64,000 nucleotides of DNA from Eimeria praecox (Eukaryota): positions 1,116,001 through 1,180,000 of the forward strand of contig OY986949.1 in NCBI GenBank assembly GCA_963920595.1, in the 5' to 3' direction. Within the stretch, counting starts at the first letter, position 1. Each line of letters begins with the position of its first letter. Of the stretch, positions 59,584-64,000 are shown in pieces. The notes beneath the pieces are model-generated. The model searched no databases, was not told the DNA's origin, and saw nothing but the letters and a program-made list of their open reading frames with translations. Position numbers and translations under genes: made by a program.

Positions 59584-60539
59584 AAGACAGAGGCAACGGT
59601 TTAGGCAAAGACAACTATAGACAGTTGGCACAGAGAACCAGAACATCTGCTCAGGCGGTGTTGGGGTGCTCCATAGCAATTGCAGATACAGCAGGAAGCA
59701 GCATCATTCATATATTCGCTCGTTAGTTGACATAGATCTTCCAAAGGTTCAAGGCCCCCGCTATGTTCCTTCGCCTGGTCCTGCTGGCCGCGGTGCGGCA
59801 GCAGGCGATGTTGCAGGGGTCTATGGGGCGGATCAAGGGGTATACATTCAGTAAAAGGATTGACGGGAAGCTGCAGCACAGCAGCTCTGAGCATGTGATG
59901 CCTTTGACGGATAAGGTGCTCTGCGGGCTCTAAGGAAGCGCTGGTCTGCTGTATATGCACGGACAGTCTGCTGTATTACATTCACTCTTGCCATTGGCTT
60001 CTATGTCCGACGTGAGGCCAAAGCTCATGAGCCCTTGTTTTGTTTAAACAGCTCTCGTGCAACGAAGAGCAACAACCCCAAATTTGAAAATGAGGGGAGT
60101 AAGACAGTGTTTTGCTGCGACACAGGCGGCCAGCATCTATCACTAATGTACTAGCCAAATGCGGATTCTATTCCTAACGAACTAAGTACCCCTACAGCCC
60201 CGCTCTGCACTCTGTGAGTATGCGAAAACCCCAATCTCGGCAGCCGGGGGCCCTTGAGCCTCGACACCAGTTGTAAAAGAAAGACCCTCTGTGTACTGTC
60301 AGTCAGTTCGCTGCTGGCTTGAGAAAGAAACGACTTGCTTGCCGCTCAGGTGTAGCCGCTATAAAACAAAGAAACGCAGAGGCAAACTTGCTGCTGCTAT
60401 TTGTTCTACTGCGCTGCGTAGTACAGCGCTGCTGTTGCTGCTGCTGCCGCTGCTGCTGGTGCTGCTGCTGGTGCTGCCAGGCATGGGGCAATCCCAAAGT
60501 CTGACCACAGACAACGGGAGAGGGCAGACCTTCACTGTT

Positions 60540-61919
60540 TCAAGAAGGCGGAGGAGACATCCGCTGGAGCTCGATCTTTATGGCGCTGATATTACGCTGT
60601 CTGACGAAAGACTGCATACACAAAGAAAATAGTACAAAGCACACAGAAAGAGCAGGCACCAGATTTTCGCTTTCTCCCCCTTTTTTCCTCTTCCCTTTCT
60701 TTCTCACGGAGCACCGCCACAGAAGCACCCTAACAACAGCGATCAGAGCGACAAGGCTTGTGAGTACAACCACCCTAAGCAAGAGACGCGCAAGCAGCAG
60801 AAGCTACTGCAGCAGAGCGGAGAGCGGAGCAGCAGCAGCAACAATGACAAGAGCAGCAGGATCGCCCGCCACACGAGTAGAAGTAGGACAGATAGCAGCT
60901 ACCGCAGCAAAACGCCCGAAGAGAGCAGCAACAGGACGAAGAGAAGCCGTAAACATCGCAGAACAACCGAAAATAACTACAGCAAGATTAGAAAAGCCCT
61001 TAGTGCACCTGTAAGGACACCAGTGTATGAGCGTGGTTGCTTACGCTCAGCTCCTGTTGTATCCCGGCTGCCTCGAGGGCTTCTTCCTTGTCGCTGTTGT
61101 TTCTATTTCCTAAGGAGAAGACCTCATCGAATGCCTGAACACTCGACGTCTCAGCCGAAAGAGACAAGATAGAGGCGTTGCTGCTGCTGCCCAAGGCTGC
61201 CAATGCGGAAGCAGCAGCAGCGAACACGGCCTCCGCCTTCCCTTTGGTAGCCTCTGCTGCAGTTGGAGCCTCCAGGCCTGTTGCGCCTACTCCCTGTGCC
61301 GCAGCAGCAGCAGCAGCTGATGCTGCTGCTGCACTGTTTGGAGCTGGTTTCGAGTCTGTGGTGGAGCAGCTGTAGGTCACCTGTCCCCCGAACGCCGCCA
61401 CAACGTCCTGTGCAACACAGATGGCTGTCTCGATGCAGCTTCCTGTTCCTCTAATTACAGCTTTCGCATAAGGACCCCTCAGCAACTTAACGCAGCGTTT
61501 AAAATAAACAACAAGGGGCACACGCCTCGTAACAAAGACTTCGTAAGGGCGCAGAGGCGGCCGCGCTAAGGGGTTTCGCGATACTATCTCTGCAGGCAAA
61601 ACACAACAACAAACAAAGACAGTTAAGCAGAGGCCACACAATCAGTTAATGCAACGGAATCAGGAGGGAAGGGGAAACAGGCACTAAGAAAGATACATTC
61701 AGCTTTGTTAATAATCAACTCAAGAATAAACTGTGGACAGCCTGAGGCTTCTGAGCCCCCAGCTGTATCTACAGACACATCTCATTTATACGAAGGCAGA
61801 CCATATGCACGCGTCAGAGGTTTCTGTTATTGCTGCTGCAAAGGAAGGGCCCCCACGAAGACAGGCTCAAGGCAACTGAGTTGGAGTGTGTGAGAAAGCT
61901 TACCTGCTCGGTCTTCCAT
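60540..61919 (-). CDS. POP7: RNase P/MRP subunit POP7/Rpp20 (Alba fold); exons 61919-61904, 61589-61045, 60596-60540
   Basis: Spliced product MEDRAEIVSRNPLARPPLRPYEVFVTRRVPLVVYFKRCVKLL...VIRGTGSCIETAICVA...ETSSVQAFDE...RNISAIKIELQR. GT-AG introns in phase; poly-Ala insertion. Confidence 0.78.
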
Positions 61920-62494
61920 GGCTCCCCAGATATGTCTGGTGGCCAAAACGCCCCAAGATCCCGCGTGGTGTTTGCTGGCTTCTTCTCTTCACCGATGAAG
62001 CTGGGGGCACCCAACAACACCCGATGAGGACAATGCCGGCCGGCCCTCGGGCCCGAAACGCCCGCCTCACCGCTGCAGCGATGTATATACACTGCAGGAT
62101 GAAATACAACAAACCTGAAGAGAAATGAAGAAGCGTAATGCGTTTGAAACCACAAGAAAAGAGAAGGTAACAGCAGCGAGCACAGAGTGGCTCTCTATGC
62201 AGAACAAGGAACAGGGGTACACCGACGTAAGGCTTTTGTTCGTGATTAGGCCAGCAACAAAAACAGAAAAAAATAAAATAGTAAGATTAAAAACCCTTTC
62301 TTTCTTCTTTTCAGTTGCTAGTTTGCTGCAAATGAGAGCGGCAATCGGACTCAGGCGTCCTCGATGCCGGCAGCACAGTGCCCAGAATCGACGATCATTA
62401 TGAGGGGAAAGTTGAATAAGAGTACAATCGAAACAATTAAAACAATTACCCCATAGAGGGGAGAAATATTTAAAATAGCAAAAAATGAGAAAAA

Positions 62495-62567
62495 AGCCGA
62501 CGACGGGGCTCGAACCCGCGACCACGAGGTTAAGAGCCTCGCGCTCTACCGACTGAGCTACATCGGC
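62495..62567 (-). tRNA. tRNA-Lys(CTT)
   Basis: GCCGATG-TAGCTCAGTCGGTAGAGC-GCGAGG-CTCTTAA-CCTCG-TGGTC-GCGGGTTCGAGCCCCGT-CGTCGGC folds as a cloverleaf and is followed by an oligo-T Pol III terminator. Confidence 0.97.
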
Positions 62568-63188
62568 GTTGACCTCCCCGTCACCGACGTGAAGACAAAA
62601 AAATTTTTAATCATAAGTAGAAAATAAGAAGAAAAGGCAGAAAAGTAATAAAAAATAAACTCCATAGATATTTATTTAACGCATGATCTCCCCTTCTTCA
62701 GTTTACCATGAATGAACGACCCCACAGTATCGATCCCGTATCCCCGCCCCCCCTGCTTACAGCAGCCTCTTTCCTTGTGTGTGTCTATGCAACTGCCCCA
62801 CGTACACTCTACTACTCTATATATTCCTTGGCTCATAATACATCTAACTACAGAGTCTCTCTAGAACAGCAACAGGCCCCTTAAGGCCACGGTGTACATA
62901 CTTCCGCTCCCGCGTGTATCTGTATCTATTCAACTGTCTGGAGCTACAGCTGTTCTCTGCCACCGAGAAGGAGTTAAGGTAAAGAGTATAAAAGAGTTTA
63001 TGCCTCAACGGCGGGTGTCTGCTTAAGACATGCAACTCATCAAATCGGCTGGCCACCAGCCCCCTGGCTAGCCAGCTAGCTAGCTAACTAGCTGGCTTGC
63101 TAGCTAGCGAGCTCAGCGATTGTTGAGAGCTTTAAGAGGAGAACAAGAGCCTCAGCTCTCAGCGCATGCATAGATAAGCAGTAATTAT

Positions 63189-63742
63189 TTAATATACGTG
63201 TTCAGGGAAGAGGAAGGCTGCATCTTTGTTCGTGAGGCGTTTATACACCGCAGCAAACGTCCACAGCTTCTCTTCTAAGTTATCTTTCGCTCTGTCCTTG
63301 GGGTCCAGGTGTACCTTCATAAGCTTGGATCCATCAGCCCTGACTCTCCACCTGTCAATACACCGCAAATCTTAACAGCAACAGCATACATATACACCAA
63401 ACCCACAACACCCCACAACCACTACAGCAGCAACACAACAGCAAGAGAGGGAGACAGACAGAGGCGGAGACAGAAAAGAATAGACAAAGACTGAAAAAGA
63501 AACAGAGAGAGAGAGACACAAAGAGAGCGAGAAAGAGAGAGCGAGAGGGAGAGACAGACCAGGATAAAGAGACAGAGACAGACAGACAGAAGAGAGATAA
63601 TATAACCTCCTTACCTCCTTCCTACAACTTCTGAGGGGGCGACAATATCATCAAGCATGGCGTCTTGTACGTTTGTAAGAGTGCGAGATCGAGGTCGCAC
63701 CTTCAGGTTCTTACGCTTGTAATCCAGGCCGATAATGTTCCT
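63189..63742 (-). CDS. RPS7: 40S ribosomal protein S7 (eS7), last two exons 63742-63615 and 63351-63189 (5' exons outside the window)
   Basis: [62 protein letters not shown]...[33 protein letters not shown] intron in phase. Not in the ORF track. Confidence 0.95.
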
Positions 63743-63758
63743 CTGTGGACGTACACAC

Positions 63759-63761
<3 letters not shown>

Positions 63762-63803
<42 letters not shown>
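63762..63803. repeat. (TA)n microsatellite in an RPS7 intron
   Basis: About 20 TA units; further (CT)n and (CCTA)n tracts run to the window end. Confidence 0.9.
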
Positions 63804-63805
<2 letters not shown>

Positions 63806-64000
63806 CGCCTCAGCTCTATCTACGGAGTGTGTTTGAAGAAATTATTAAGGAGCATTAAAGAAAACATAATTAACTAAAAACAAATTAGATTACATTATAT
63901 GAAACTCCATTAATTTATACCTATCTATCTACCTACCTACCTACCTATCTATCTACCTATATATCTATATATCTATATCTCTTTCTCTCTCTCTCTCTCT

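Overview
Eukaryotic, intron-containing DNA with CAG/CAA microsatellites, TGCATGCA motifs and decayed Ty3/gypsy (chromovirus-like) relics, most consistent with an eimeriid coccidian (Eimeria/Cyclospora; inference). Protein genes: a single-exon PDI-family gene, an RCC1-repeat gene, a 5-exon RPL5 (uL18), a multi-exon DUS2-like tRNA-dihydrouridine synthase, a leishmanolysin/GP63-like gene lacking its zinc ligands, POP7/Rpp20, the last two exons of RPS7 (eS7) and hypothetical ORFs; also one tRNA-Lys(CTT). The main signal is not in the ORF track. The apparently non-coding 16.4-33.3 kb region downstream of RPL5 is a dense, same-strand cluster of about 15 box C/D and H/ACA snoRNA families, most with recognisable antisense guides to conserved rRNA modification sites. 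The cluster is amplified as about three tandem 3294-bp units, plus a further copy behind an RPL5 pseudogene whose exons are broken but whose intronic H/ACA snoRNA is unchanged. All rRNA target and homologue assignments come from recalled conserved yeast/human rRNA and snoRNA sequences. No search was run, so they need confirming against this species' rRNA and Rfam.
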